NCBI RefSeq assembly: GCF_009914755.1 | Contig: NC_060926.1 | DNA from: the human T2T-CHM13v2.0 reference genome, Homo sapiens | DNA length: 64,000 bases | Direction: 5' to 3' (one strand) | Part shown: one piece after another, positions 1-18,777 of the stretch | Position numbering within the stretch: position 1 is the stretch's first letter | How the letters are laid out: every line of letters begins with the position of its first letter | Position numbers and translations under genes: made by a program | The notes under the pieces: generated by a model | Told to the model about the DNA's origin: nothing | Database searches by the model: none | What the model saw: the letters and a program-made list of their open reading frames with translations, nothing else

Positions 1-165
1 TCTGTCTTCGCATAGATTACAGGCAGAAGAAAAATTCTGCCCCCTGAGAATTCATAGCCAGTGGTTTCTTCACATAGTTTTATACCTGAATTTATACTAC
101 TTGTGAGTCCCAGGACACCAAGTGGTTTTAGGTATCTGGCAGTATCAAAGACAGATCATGTTTAG

Positions 166-2040
<1,875 letters not shown>

Positions 2041-3521
2041 GACTGGAAAGAGAAAGCATAATGGAAATGAGCTCACCCAAACTCTGAACACTAGGAGATC
2101 TATGATTGCTAAGTTTTATAACAAAGATTTCTTTTATTCACACCTTTTGTGTTGGCTTGGTGAGATCAGCATTTTGACTCTGTACTGCGTCAAATAATCT
2201 GCTCTTGTCTTTATTGGCTGCAGCTGATCGGCCCCAGAGCTTTCCCTGTTGGCCATTTCAACAACCACCAGAATAAAAATTATTCCGGCTTTGAAACTTA
2301 CTGGTTTTCAGAATTCCACAGCATATTTTAAGTAGTACAACTTCACTACTTGCAGAGTATAGCTGTAGACAATAGGATAGAGGGTGTTTAGCTACTCTGG
2401 ATTCTCTTGGTGTGATAAGTTCAAATTATGAAAAATAGAATGAGATATTTGCATGATACTGAGAACCTCCATGGGTTACTTCCTCATTAGAGAATATACT
2501 AGAAAAAATATTTCCAGTGGCAATTAAAGACGACAAGGGAATTTGTCTGTCTTCACATAGATTATAGGCAGAAGAAAAATTCTGCAAATTATTTTTGATT
2601 TAACCATTTGGCCCCTTGCTGTGATTTGTGGTTAACTGGAGTTATGGTGCCAATGAGCACCATCTACCCATTTCCTCTTATTTTCACCAAAGAGCAGTGA
2701 TAGTGAATATCCCAAATATTCTTATCTCAAAGTTATTAATCTGTGACTTCAGGGTTTGTCCTTTAGACTAAGGAAGACATGGAAAAATGGAGTGTGAGAA
2801 CCTGGCTTCTTTCTTCCTAAAACGTAAGAAATAGGCTCAAATCAAATACATTTCAACATGCAGTGACAATACAATTTTTCACGGAATTTGGTAAATCCTT
2901 TTCATCATCCCACCCTAAAAAAGTCTAAATGTAATTCATATTTCCTCAGTGTGTAGCTCAATTTGGCAAACTGTTTTCAAGGAGTAAGATTGGTAGAGTG
3001 TGGCTCAGGAGAGTCTGCCACTTACATGGACTGAATTATGATTAGAGTCTGGTAGGACTTTTTATAGATTATCAAAACTACATTGTTGTTGCACCATTTG
3101 AGATGATGAATAGACAGAAATCAAGATCAGAGCACTGTGAGTGTAAACGTACGTTTAAAAAGAATCTATTAAAGGAAATGTTGACCTTTGGTGCCAACGG
3201 AAATAACACCAACTGAACAATGCTCATTTACAAGCTGCTATGTAAATATTTGAAAAAGCAGGAGAAATAATCATCCCAATAATTCACGAGGGTCTTATCT
3301 CTGAATGGCTCTTTCTTTTTAGCCATTAGCTTTTCCTAACCGCCTTGCTACAGAGAAAGGCAAACCATAAATGCTGAAAGGGCACAAAAAGGGACAAGCT
3401 AAAAATAAAGTTTCTTGAAACACTTAAAAGCACGTGATAGGCAGAATTTCAAGCTAGATATAATATTGAATGAATTAGGTTCTCATGGAAAAAGTCTTCT
3501 TAAAGAAATATATGTTACAAT

Positions 3522-3979
<458 letters not shown>

Positions 3980-5544
3980 TTAGAGGGGTGTGGGGCATAA
4001 GCCTGAGAAAAATACAGGGAAAATAGTTACTTTGGGCTTATTTTATAGTTAATTAAGTTAAAATGTAAAAATATATACATATATTAATGCTTGAATTCTG
4101 TCTTGCTGGCTGCCTGAATACAAATATAGAGCTCTGCTCTGAGTTTCCTATAATATACAAGAAGAGCATGTTGTTTACACCCATACACAGAAAAATACGG
4201 GTTTTAACGTCCAAATATTTTCAAAGTCAATGTGTTCAGTATATAACAAGGTAAGCTCTTAGTTATTTTAAGTCATTTATTGAGTATTTTTAAAAGGTTG
4301 TTTTTTGCTTTTGGGTCTTTTTTGGCAATTATAGATCTGGAGTGAGATTGATTCATGTATAAGTTTGCATATATGATATCAAAAAATGATACTTACCTAG
4401 TTACTAGAGAAATAAAAACTCCTCTGCAGTATGAAATGGTTCAGCATGAAGTGTGAGAGTACATGAGCACTATGTACATAAGGTGTAAGGAGACAGAGCC
4501 TCATTTCAGAAGCCAGAAAACAATCTATGATACAGAGGTATCAGAGGTGAGAGAGGGATCTGTCAGAGCCACGTCTGAGTTGGGGGATCTTTTGTGCAGG
4601 AGCCCAGTCCCAAGTTGAGTCTAAGAGACTGTCTTTGCTAGTTAGTTACCCCTGTTCTTTTGCAGTCCCTAAGCTATGTCTCCAATTACCCACATTGAGA
4701 ACTTTCCTTATTTTTTCTAGCAGAAGAAGCTCAGAAACCACAAAGTCAAGCACTTACATAGGTATCGTTTCAAGCCACATTTTCATTTGTTGTTCTATGT
4801 CTTTAACTAATGAGATCCGGGCTCTAAATATTTTTACATAGAAAAGCAATCAAGTCAAATGTAAGATTGTTAGTGTGATATGTCTGCTAACTGTATTTAC
4901 TTTATAAAAAGACATTTCCTGGATTTTAAATTATTTTGTCTAACTACAGGCTCCCTTTCATTTACAGATATATGCACCAGAACCTAGGAGAAGACATATC
5001 TCCTGAAAAAGTGAACTTAAGCTTAGAACTTTCTTGCTAAACCAATCTAGAAAATAATTAAAGCCATACAGATTTAGATTCATATCATAAGGTACTATTG
5101 TGCCTGTAAAAACGGGGTTATAGCATAATATTTTAAGATATTTGGAAATGGCATTGTGCTAAATAGTGTACAGAAAAGCCAAATTATGTATAAAAATAAA
5201 ACAAGTTTAGAAAAAAGATTGAAACAATGCACACTGAAATACAAAGAAGAATTATTCTGGGAAAGAGATTGATGCACTTTTTCTTTTTTTTTTCTTTGAA
5301 TTCTTTTATACTCTTCAAAGTGAGTGTTTACGTTATCACATATACATCCTATTAAATATATATATTTTTTACTTTCAATTCGGCAAAATCACTAGTTATG
5401 TTTTCATGAGTTTTACATAAAATATGTTCTGTTATTGGTAATGCCACAAGTAGAACATCCTTCCTGAGTAACACAAGTTCTTAGATAGTTCATTTAAATT
5501 AATTTCAATCTATAGAAGCTTCATTTGGCTGAAGCTGAAAAGTT

Positions 5545-7140
5545 TATATTCAGATTTTCCTGATTGTCCCAATAATGTTTTATTTATTTTTTAATTTTTT
5601 TATTCCATGATCCAATTAAGGATCACACATTGCATTTAGTTGTTATGGCTCTTTAGTTATGTATAATCTAGACTATTTCTCCTCTTTTTTGTAATCTTTC
5701 ATAACATTGACATTTCTAACATCCTGTCACAATTGTTTTGCAAAAATCTTTTAATTTTCTAATTTTTGGTTACTTTTTCTTGATTAGATTCATGTTAACA
5801 TTTTTGGCAGGAAAACTATGCAAGTGATATTGCCTCCTTCCCAATACATCACATTGTGAGGCTCATAAGAGAGCGTGCCAAATTTTTGGCAATGCCAAAC
5901 TTGATTCCTTGGTCAGTGTGGCATCTCTCAGATTTCATTATTCTCTTTTTTTAAATTTTATTTTACCTTAAGTTCTGGGATACATGTGCTGAATGTGCAG
6001 GTTTGTTACATAGGTATACATGTGCCATGGTGGTTTGCTGCACCTATCAACCTGTCATCTAGGTTTTAAGCTCTGTATGCATTAGGTGTTTGTCCTAATG
6101 CTCTCCCTCCCCTTTTCCTCCAACCCTTCAACAGGCCCCAGTGTATGATGTTCCCCTCCCTGTGTCCATGTGTTCTCATTGTTCAGCTCCACTTATGAGT
6201 GAGAACATGCAGTGTTTGGTTTTCTCGTCCTGTGTTAGTTTGCTGAGGATGATGGTTTCCAGCTTCATCCATGGCCCTGCAAAGGACATGAACTCATTCT
6301 TTTTTATGGCTGCATAGTATTCCATGGTGTATATGTGCCACATTTTCTTTACCAGTCTATCATTGATGGGCAGTTGAGTTGGTTCCAAGTCTTTGCTATT
6401 GTAAATAGAGCTACAATAAACATACATGTGTATGTGTCTTTATAGTAGAATGACTTATACTCCTTTGGGTATATACCCAGTAATGGGATTGCTGAGTCAA
6501 ATGGTATTTCTGGTTCTAGATCCTTGAGGAATTGCCACACTATCTTCCATAATGGTTGAACTATTAAAGTATGTTTTCTTTGAAATTCCCAAGTAGTCTG
6601 TGGAAAAGCACTTGGGACTGTGTGAATCCTGTTCCACAAAAATCTTTTGTGCAATAGTTCTACCATCCATTGGTGATTGTTGCTGAATTAATACTATGGT
6701 GATGATATTATACTTTTATCAATCCTATATTTCTATCAATCCTATACAGATTGGCATTCTGTAAAGTATAACTTCCCTTTTTCTACTTTCTTAACTTTTA
6801 AAAAATATATAAACTCATGGATTCTTTTTTTTATTGAATGAGTTATAAAACCATTCACGGTTTTTGTTCATTTTGATACTCAAGTTGTGCCAAATTTGGC
6901 CAGTGTATGTTCTTTTAAGTTGGCTCCTGTGTTCCTTTCATATCTCCTTGTGTTTTGGAGTCCTTTTATCTTCTTTCTGGCATGCTCCCAACTTGTACTT
7001 TTTCCTGCCCCACCTGTAGTCATTTCTTTATGAAGGCTTGGTGATTTTTAGTGGGGAATAAAATATATTTTTAAAAGATCTGAACACTTTATAGCTACTG
7101 GAATTCTAGGTTCTGTCAGTGGACATTGTTAAGAAATGCC
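5545..7140 (-). mobile_element. Old L1MC-type 3' end (host of the L1PA8-like insertion)
   Basis: Motifs ttgtcccaataatgt...gatccaattaaggatcacacattgcatttagttg and tccattggtgattgttgctgaatta are typical of L1MC4/5 3' UTR; continues on both sides of 5945-6563. Confidence 0.6.
5945..6563 (-). mobile_element. 5'-truncated L1PA8-like 3' end
   Basis: Minus-strand ORFs give ORF2p C-terminal peptides (WQFLKDLEPEIPFDSAIPLLGIYPKEY; KKMWHIYTMEYYAAIKKNEFMSF). 3' UTR ggttttaagctctgtatgcattaggtgtttgtcctaatgc. Confidence 0.9.
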
Positions 7141-7195
7141 TAGATAGATAGAGAGAGAAAGAGAGAGAGACATTTTTTTAAATTAAGAGGCTATA

Positions 7196-7855
<660 letters not shown>

Positions 7856-7865
7856 ATCACAAGGC

Positions 7866-9590
<1,725 letters not shown>

Positions 9591-10776
9591 AACTTACATC
9601 AAAAGAATAAAATGTTTTAAAAAGAGAAAACCCCATATAATAATTTTTCTTACTAGAAGTGCTATTTCTCAAATTTCAAAGTGCCAAGGTGGTCATTTAA
9701 GCCATATAAATCTATTCCTGGTTAATATTTGGCAAAGATAGATTGTTTTCCTAAAAGGGATAACCTTCTCAATGTCCACCAGTCACCCGTGATGAATCCA
9801 GAAGCAGCGTTGAAGCCAGCTACAATCTAAATATAACATAACTACATTTCCTGCCTGATTTTATAAATGTATATATCTCCCATGCAGGTTTATTTTTTCA
9901 GTGGGTGATTTAGTCCAATCAGATAATTTCTGTGTGATAACTTTTCAGAAACACCTAGAAGATGTATTAGTTTTAGAAGGTGATATATAAATTTGCTTGT
10001 TATTTTGTCAGTGTCTCAATTCCTTTAATTTGCTTCTTTACCCTGAAAGGAAAAAAAATGAACAAGTGAGTTATATTAAATGAGTTAATATTTTTCAAAT
10101 GCTGAATTACTTCATTTTTCATTTTCAGCCAAAATTATATAATTTTATAGATGTGTTCAACCCAAAAATTTTATTGCCAGAGATTCTGTTTCCAGAATCC
10201 ATCTAAAGTCCAGACATTCTCTTGAAGAAAGTCCTTTATCTCTGGATCCGGGTGCTTCTATCTGTTTATGCCTAGAAGCTTGATGAAATAGGGTTATTTT
10301 GCTTCCCAGTAATGAGAGAAATAATAATGAAATTGTATAAGAGTCTATGGGAACACAGTATGAGTTCAGTACAGTATACTGAAAAAAATCTGGAATGAGA
10401 ATCAAGAGAATAAAGATGTAGCTGTAGTTCTGTCAAAATTACATCTTAGGAGCTTGACCAATCAATTTCTGGTTTACAATATGCAGATCTGTAAAATCTG
10501 AGAGTTGTGATTGATTAAATATAATCTACATTGGAAACTTCAAGATTTTGTGATTTTTCGCACTCCTTCAGCAACTTTTCCTCATATTTCTTTCCTTTGT
10601 ACTATCTGACCTGCTTCAACTACTCATACTTCCTGAATTCATAATTCCAATTCACTTCCTCACTAAAACTTTTCCCTTTGTCATCCTTACAAGGGCACAG
10701 AAATACTTTAGTAAGGGACCCAAATTTTCATATTCCACAACAGTTTGTATTTTGTTCACCATCCTCTATCAAATGC

Positions 10777-11119
10777 TGTCTTAGTCCATTCAAGGGGCTG
10801 TTACAGAGTACTATCCACTGAGTAGATTCTCAGCATCAGAAATTTGTATCTTACAGCTCTGGAGGCTGGCAAGTCCAGGATCAAGGCACCAACAGATTCA
10901 GTGTCTACTTAGGTCCCATTTTGTCATAGATGGTGCCTTTCTCACTGCATCTTCACATGGCGAAATAAGCAAGGCAGCTCTCTGGAGCTTCTTTCCTGGG
11001 GGTTCCGCCTTCCTGACTTAATCACCTCCCAAAAGGTCTCACCACCTAATACCATCATCTTGGAGGTTAGGATTTCAACATACGAATTTTAGGGGAACAT
11101 AAACATTCAGACCATAGCA
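10777..11119 (-). mobile_element. MaLR solo LTR (MLT1A-like)
   Basis: tgtcttagtccatt...ctggaggctggcaagtccaggatcaaggcacc...aaacattcagaccatagca; TG...CA termini. Confidence 0.8.
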
Positions 11120-11198
11120 ACTACATACTGACTTTTATAAAACTAACTTTTCTAGGTCAGCTACTGAATATTTGTCATTTCTGTTTAAGAGTATGTGT

Positions 11199-11664
11199 TG
11201 TGAAAGGAAAATAAAATCTCGGGACCCCAATTTGCTATTCCAGGAGACAAAAAAAATAAAAATAAAATAAGCTGAAAGCTGGGTCATGTAAGAAACTGTC
11301 TTTCACTTTGTTCCTAAGCAGATCGCTACAGATAAAAGGCTAGATATCAACACAGGTAGCTACTCTATGCTCACTTTACCTTATCTAAAGTGCCAATTTA
11401 CTAATACATAATTGACTATTCCCTTACGTGCTCCTTTTCTCTTGCAACATGTGGATTCAGTAACGTGACCATACTCTCCCTCCTTCTTCACCAACCCACT
11501 TTACCCCTTTAAATATTGAAGCTCTCAAAATCATCTTTGAAAAAAGGCACAGACCACAGGTTGTTCCCATGAATTTGTTTCTTTTTTTCTGGACATGTCC
11601 TTAACCTTGGCAAAATAAGCCTCTAAATCGCTTGAGATCTGTCTATGATACTTTTTGTTGTATA
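11199..11664 (+). mobile_element. MER4-family ERV1 solo LTR
   Basis: Starts tgtgaaaggaaaataaaatctcgggacccc, ends gatactttttgttgtata; 4-bp TSD gtgt at 11195-11198 and 11665-11668. Confidence 0.85.
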
Positions 11665-13836
11665 GTGTGCTGGGGACAGGAACCACATACATGTATAGAA
11701 TACCATTTGGACCCCTCATGACTTAAAAAGATGCTATGATGAAGTCTCTCAATCACCTTCAGGACTTAGAGAGAATGTACGATCTGACATATTAAATCTG
11801 GCAGAATTAAACATCACTTCCAGTCTAGTATACTTCCTTTAAATGCAGTAAAGCTGGTAGCCATTCTGCTGTGTAAGACAGTTCCCATTCCTGAAGCTTT
11901 TCTAGTATCCCAAGAAGCTTCACAGTCCTGCTGGCCACTGGGTCAAAATGATCCTCCTTTTTGTATTACTCTATATTGTCTTAATCTTAAAGAAGAGACC
12001 TCCAGTACAAATTTTTGGAAAATAATACTTGATGGATGTTCTTTACCACTATATCAATTTGCAAAGGGCAGCTTTTTGTAATTTTATCAAAAATACAAGA
12101 ATATTACACGGTAATTCTGCTTAGGTAAAAAAGAAAACAAAAATGCAGGAATAAAAAGATAATTTAACTGCATGGTCTCTCATGCTCTTTAAGTCCAAAG
12201 AAACTGATGACATTGATATACATATGTCTTTCTTACTCTTTTAAGAGAAAGCATATTTATAAATCCTGTAATATATCTAAATTCAGCTCTGACAATTTAA
12301 CCAGATGCCTCCCTTCATTACCCTCCACACATATTTCCAATACAGAAAAGCTTAAAACTGGGAAGATTTCAATTTAGCTGGTTTTATCCTTTAAATTTCC
12401 ATTTTGTATATTTCTAAAGACAATAATAAAATATCTAGGATTAATTATATGCTTGACATATCAAACACTTTTGATGCAACTATACAACTATACAACTTTT
12501 TGATTTAACTATAGTTGTAGAAATTGTATCTCTGTAATGCTATTTCCTATTTTAACTTGGTTTTATATATGTGCAAAGTTTTGGATATGCACATGCATAT
12601 GTATATATAACGTATCTATCTGTGTCTATATTGAGCTGTGTCTATATGAAAGAGATTTTTAATCTAGGAATATAGTTTCCTAGTAACAAGAATCACATAT
12701 AAGTTCTTTAAGGAACTCTCTCTACAATCATATGCCTTCAGCTTGATTAGCAAGGCAAGAGCTTTTCAGAAGCAGCTTCAACTTCTGCATAGGACATCTA
12801 ACAGTCAAAGTAATGGTGCAATTGTATAGAGGAGGGAGAAGCCAAATAGACACTCAGGTAGCAATTTCTTTAGATCCAATTCGACTTAAAAAAATCACAT
12901 GGAAGGATAATAATCAATAATATTATATATAATAATAATAAAATATGGTATATTGCATAGAGGTTAAGAGTCTGGTATCTTATTTTCAGAGCTGCATGTT
13001 TAAAAAGAATAGTTTAATTTCAAAGTGGGGTAAACAAATGAGCTCTGCAGATAAAAGACTGAATGATGTTTATCTCCTGTTCCCCCACCCCACCCCCACC
13101 CATAGCCCCAGAGAATAGATAGCAGTCTATCTAGTTCTAGGTTGTAGAGATAAAAGGCTGCTGGCAAATACATTTTTAAAATTTGTCTTCAGGCCTTATA
13201 TAAAACATCTGAGGCTAAGAGAGACAGACTTGAGTCTACCATTTACTTTAAAAAATGCATTCATTTGCTTTTGCTTCTTTTCCTATAAATTTGTCCTACA
13301 AAAGTAGAAATGAATCATCTTATTAAGCTTTAAGTTAATTAAGGTGTAAAATATAAACATGAATAGTAGAAAACAATGAACCAGATCTTATTTCTTCACA
13401 CTCTGCCAAGAATGATGCAGTGTAATATTTAGTAGACTTAAGACACCCAAATTATAGTCCAAGCTGTGTCAGTCTATGTGTCTCTTAATGCTTTATAAAT
13501 TCTATTTTCTCATCTGTTATTCCAAGTTCCAACTCTAAGGTACCATCAAATATCCTGTGTTACTCTGTTATATCAAAGGTGATACAAGGTATTTGACTTG
13601 CACCAAGAAAAACATTTAGATCCAAAGCTGAATGAGGTGGGACCCAAATGTTGAGATTACTATGAACTAGTGGAAAGAAAATTTTACCAGGAGTAGAATA
13701 TCTGTGACCAGGGTTTGGTCCCATCACCTACTATCTGTATCTGTGTTTTATCTGGGAAGTCGCCATAACTTATTTAAGATTCTAATTTTTAATCTATAAG
13801 ATGGAAAGAGTCTGACATGCTATCACAGAGAGTGGT

Positions 13837-14589
13837 TGTATTCATTCATTCTCATGCTGCTAATAGATACCTGAGACTGGGTAATTTATAAAGGAAGGAG
13901 GCTTAATTGACTCACATTTCCACATGGCTGGAGAGGCCTCACAATCATGTAGGAAAATGAAGGAAGAGCAAAGAGACATCTTACTTGGTGTCAGGCAAGA
14001 AAAAGTTTGTGCAGGGGAACACCCCTTTATCAAACCATCAGATCTCATGAGACTTGTTCACTATCAAGAGAACAGCATGGGAAAAACCCATCCCCATGAT
14101 TCAATTACCTCCCACTGGGTCTCCCCCACTACACGCAGGGATTATTACAATTCAAGGTGAAATTTGGGTTGGCACACAGAGCCAAACCATATAATTCTGC
14201 CCCTGGACCCTCCTAAATCTCATGTCCTCATATTTCAAAACCAATCATGCCTTCCAGCTGTAACCCAAAGTCTTAACTCATTCCAGCATTAACCTAAAAG
14301 TACAAATCCAAAGTCTCATGTGAGACAAGGCAAGTCTCTTTTGCCTCTGAGCCTGTAAAATCAAAAGCAAGTTCGTTACTTCCTAGATACAATGCGAGTA
14401 CCAGCATTAGGTAAATACAACTATTCCAAATGAGAAAAATTGGTCAAAATGAAGGGGCTACAGGCCCCATGCAAGTCCAAAATCCAGTGGGGTAGCCAAA
14501 TCTTAAAGCTCTGAAATGATCTCCTTTGACTCCATGTCTCACACCTAGGCCACACTGATGCAAAAGGTGGGCTCCCATGGCCTCGGGCA
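13837..14589 (-). mobile_element. THE1 (MaLR) 3' LTR plus ~400 bp of 3' internal sequence
   Basis: LTR 13837-~14192 (tacctgagactgggtaatttataaagg...gccaaaccatat), then reverse-complement PPT ttctgcccctggaccctcc and THE1-int, ending abruptly at ggca (14589). Inserted in a MIR-like host. Confidence 0.9.
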
Positions 14590-15089
14590 GTGGTTAAGAA
14601 AATTAAATTGTGTAAAAATATGTGAATTTTGTTTTGTTTGTAAACTACGGATTATTTTGTGAATGTGAGGTGTTCTTAAAGATCATTATTTATGTTGAAT
14701 ATAGGTCTTTCCCAAGACACATAGTATTGCCTTAAACAAGCAAATTAATGTAAACAATTTAAATTATATGGAGTAAAATGCAAGAGTAATACTAATAAAC
14801 ATTAGAAAACATGTTGGCAACTTCAGCAAATACTTGGATCAAGATGACTTGAGATTCTTGATTGTCATCTTTCAATAATCTGTTTGTGTAAACATTAGTG
14901 TGCCCATTGCATAATGCCTGATATACTTTAATATAATGACATACCTAATTTCTGAAGCTTTTTCACTTGTTGTGCCAAAATGCACATAATTAAGAGATAC
15001 TTCGCATTTAAATGAATTTAATTTTAGTAAAATATTTCAAAGATTTCTAGTTCACTAATAATTTGCAAATCAAGCAAATAAAAGTGAAG

Positions 15090-17000
15090 GGAGCTTTTAG
15101 CTTATAAATGAATAACCCACCTGCTGATAACAATTATATACTATGGACAAAATATTGAATACAAATATTTTTTAAAAAATAAGAGTAATAAGAACAAACA
15201 CAAACTGGAGGAATTTTCTCTCTCTCTGAGTAAGATTCCCATTGATATGGTTTTTCCTTGAGGAAACACCTAGTTTATGTGACATACCTTTGATAGAACT
15301 CAAGAAGAAAGCCACTGACTTATTAGTCTAAGGAGGCCGACAATGGGATTAGAGTATAAAATCTCAGAAAGAAGAGTACCACAGATACTGCATATTAATC
15401 CCTCTCAAATCGTTGGATGACCCCTTAAACTGTACATGCACAAAACAAGACATCAATAAGCCCATTTGGGGAAAACATCTAAAACTCTAGAAGAGTTGTA
15501 CTGAGTATTAGCAGCTGTCCACTACTGGAGAAACAGGATTACAGTGAGAATTTCACCATTTTGAGGAAATTGGTAAATATCTCAAGATCTCTGTTGAAAC
15601 AATGTAAGGGTTACATCTTAGGAGTAAAAGTTGCATACAAAGACAAAACACTTTGCCGTAAGACTCAAAGAAAAAGCAAAATTCTCCATTCTAAGAAAGC
15701 CTAAAGATAATCTTTTAAAATATCAAGTAAACTGCCAGTAACTTAGCTGATTTCCTGTAAAAAATACAGCACTCTTCAGAAGGTAACAGATTCCCAAGTC
15801 CCTACAATACACAATGTAAACTTAAAAATCAGATATGTGATTACAGTTCACTAGAGACAAACTCACTTATGACCCAAATGTTGAAATTACCAGTAAGAAC
15901 TTGAACATAATTATGATAAATATGTTAAAGATATTATAGAAAAAGATGGGAAAATTAGGGAAGCAATGGAGAATTTCAAAAGAACCATAAAACTATAAAG
16001 AAGGAACAAATGGAAACCATAAACTGAAAAACACGATCTCTGAAATAAAAATTCATTGCATATAATTAACAGCAGATTGCACAAAACTTATTTCATTGTA
16101 AACATGAAAATAAGTCATCAGAAATTTTCTGAACTAAAGTACAAATAGAAAGCTGACTGAAAAATAAAATAAAGCCTCCATGTCCATTATGGCAATATCA
16201 AGTAGTATAACATAAGTGTAATTTAGAGTCCCCAAAGGAGAATAAAGAAAAGGTGCAGGAAAAAAATTTTGAAGAGATATTGACTAATATTTTTTCCAAA
16301 TTTGATTTAAAAAGAGCAACCTACAGATGCAGGACACTTGGTGAATCCCTAAAAGCTTAAATAAAGAAGAAAATGCACATAGGAAAATCGTAGTCAAACT
16401 ACTGATAAATAGAAAAAAATTATGAAAGCAACCAGAGCGGTCAAAAAAATTATAGATAGTGGAACTGCAAAAAGATTTATAACTGACCTCTCTTAAGAAA
16501 CAACATAAATCAGAAGACAATGGAATAATGGAATAATACTCTAAAAATTCTGAAAGAAAGAATCTGTATCCAGGAAATGTGTCTTTAAAGATTTAAGGTG
16601 AAAGAAAGACATTTTCAGGTAAACAAAAGTTGATAGAACTTGTTGCAGCAGACATACACAAAAACATTGCTAAAGTTCTTCAGGCACAAAGTAAATAACT
16701 CCAGATGGAAATTCTTTTACATAGGAAGAAATGATGAGCATTTATAGTGGTAAATATGCAGATAAATATAAAATAATAATCTTATCATTTCTTAAATTCT
16801 TTAAGTTGATTGCTTAATTATAAAAAGTGTGGTATTTGAAACATGTAGAAATAAAATTTCTGACAAAATTGTACAAAGAATAGGTAAGAGATAAATGGTA
16901 CTATAATAAGGCTGTTATATTAAGTATGCAGTGGTTTAATTTTAATTCATGGTATACTGTGATTAGTAAAGGATGCAAATTGTAATCCTTAGACCAATTT
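15090..17000 (+). mobile_element. Ancient L1M 5' UTR/ORF1/inter-ORF fragment
   Basis: Degenerate ORF1 motifs (ataattatgataaatatgttaaaga; tttagagtccccaaaggagaataaaga; aaggtgaaagaaagacattttcaggtaaacaaaag). Confidence 0.7.
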
Positions 17001-17331
17001 GGAGAAAGTTTGTCAAGGGAGAACATTTTCTTACCCCAAATTGTAAATCAAATTTATAATTTCCTGCTATCATTCCCTTTGAATAACAATTTAGGAGGCA
17101 TTAAGTATTTATATGTGGTGGAAAAATCAGAAAAGTTTTTATTCAGTTTATTCTTGATAAACATCAAATAAAACTTTCCTTCTTGTCATTAGACATTTCT
17201 AAAGAAGGCCTTCTGTGTTAATTCAAAGAATAAACGTAGAATAAAACACTTATCACAGCCTTCTTGACCCATTATTATGGAAAAATTATATGAAATAATG
17301 AATTGTCAATGTCAAGAGAGTTTATTCCAAG

Positions 17332-17718
17332 TGGTATGGTTTGGATTTGTGCCCCCACCCAAATCTCAAGTCGAATTGTAATCCCTAATGTTGAAAGTGG
17401 GGCCTGGTGGGGGGCAATCGAATCATAGGGGTGGATATCTTCCTTAGGTGCTGTTCTCGTGATAGAGTTCTCAAGAGATCCAGTTGTTTAAAGTGTGTGG
17501 CACCTCCACCCTCTCTCTCTTCCTTCTGCTCTGGCCATATAAGGTGTGCCTGCTTCCCCTTTGCCTTTTGCCATAATTGAAGATTTCCTGAGGCCTCCCC
17601 AGAAGCCATCATGCTTCTTGTATAGGGTGCAGAATTGTAAGCCAATTAAACCTCTTTTCTTTATAAATTACCCCATCTCAGGTATTTCTTCATAGCAGTG
17701 CAAGAACAGACTAATACA
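17332..17718 (+). mobile_element. MST (MaLR) solo LTR
   Basis: tggtatggtttggatttgtgccccc...ccaattaaacctcttttctttataaattacc...gactaataca; near-TSD ccaag/cgaag. Confidence 0.9.
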
Positions 17719-18612
17719 CGAAGACATTCTTTAAAGTGCTAATTGTTGTAGTGGTATAAGAAAAAATAGGAGTTGTACCACATCATCATTTTCCCTTATC
17801 TCCCATTCGTAGTTTTAATGAAGGATATTCTCTTCCCAACCTTAGTTTCAAGACAAGATACACTGAGTATAGGTAGAAGATGAGATATGATAACTATTAG
17901 TCCTCAGTATCAGTTGCTAATCAAAGCATAGGGTTAAAGAGTAGAACCAGATCTCAAAGATTAAGAAAATTACCATGAGGGGTTTTACATTTTTTCCCTT
18001 GCTCTTGTCACTGGAAATTGGGACAAGTTCCTCATGAGCCCATATTCACTAAGCTTCAATATCCTAAGAAGGTAATTACTTCTAGGAGACTTATTTATAG
18101 AAGGGGTCTTTTCCTGAGAAAGCAAGCCCAGCTATTTACTGATAAGATAGATAGCATGTTTTCTGGACATTCTTTCTCAAGGACTACTTTGTTTCAAATA
18201 TTTGATAAGAATTGAGTTAATATAGAATGAAGCTCTTTTGTCAGTGTCTAAAGGGCAGAAATTACACAAGTGGTTGAACAGAAACCCCCTTGTTGTAGAT
18301 AACATGCTATTAAATAATTGCATTATTGCAAGTATGGTGCCAATGTACTCTTGTGGAAAGATGAACTGTAGGAATCAGTTCCAAATATTTTCTCAAAATG
18401 TTCTCTAAACCTGCTCCAAAGACTGGAGACATAGGAAATTAAAACCTATAAAATTTAAGTGTAAGTATAAACAATAAGAAAATCACTAGATGGTTTTAAT
18501 AGAATGTCTGATTTTGAATCCAGGTTCACAAATTTTATTGAGCCTACTAAAGTATGTTAGCTTAGCTGCAAGCTGTAGTCTCAAGTTGTCACTTCATAAA
18601 TTATCAGGTGAA

Positions 18613-18743
18613 ACCTATAGTTCCAGCTATTTGGGAGGCTGAGGTGGGAGGGTCACTTGACCCCAGGAGGTCAAGGTTGAAGTGAGCCAAGATTACCCCT
18701 TGCATTCCAGCCTGGATGACAGAGCAACACCATGTCTCTCAAA

Positions 18744-18761
<18 letters not shown>
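18613..18761 (+). mobile_element. Alu right monomer (FRAM/AluJ-like), followed by (TA)n to 18794
   Basis: ccagctatttgggaggctgaggtgggagggtcacttgaccccaggaggtcaagg...poly-A. Confidence 0.85.

Positions 18762-18777
<16 letters not shown>

Noticed and set aside
6717-6746. Short tandem duplication tatcaatcctata x2
   Set aside because: Ordinary replication-slippage duplication inside an old L1.
9765-10275. Possible minus-strand exons (9765-9826; ~10165-10273)
   Set aside because: Acceptors are plausible but donors are poor (gttatc, gttgaa) and the peptides are unrecognised.
11591-11600. Perfect p53 half-site ggacatgtcc in the MER4 LTR (also gaacatgtcc at ~47620 in MER9)
   Set aside because: No adjacent second half-site; the MER61-type LTRs here also lack a full site.
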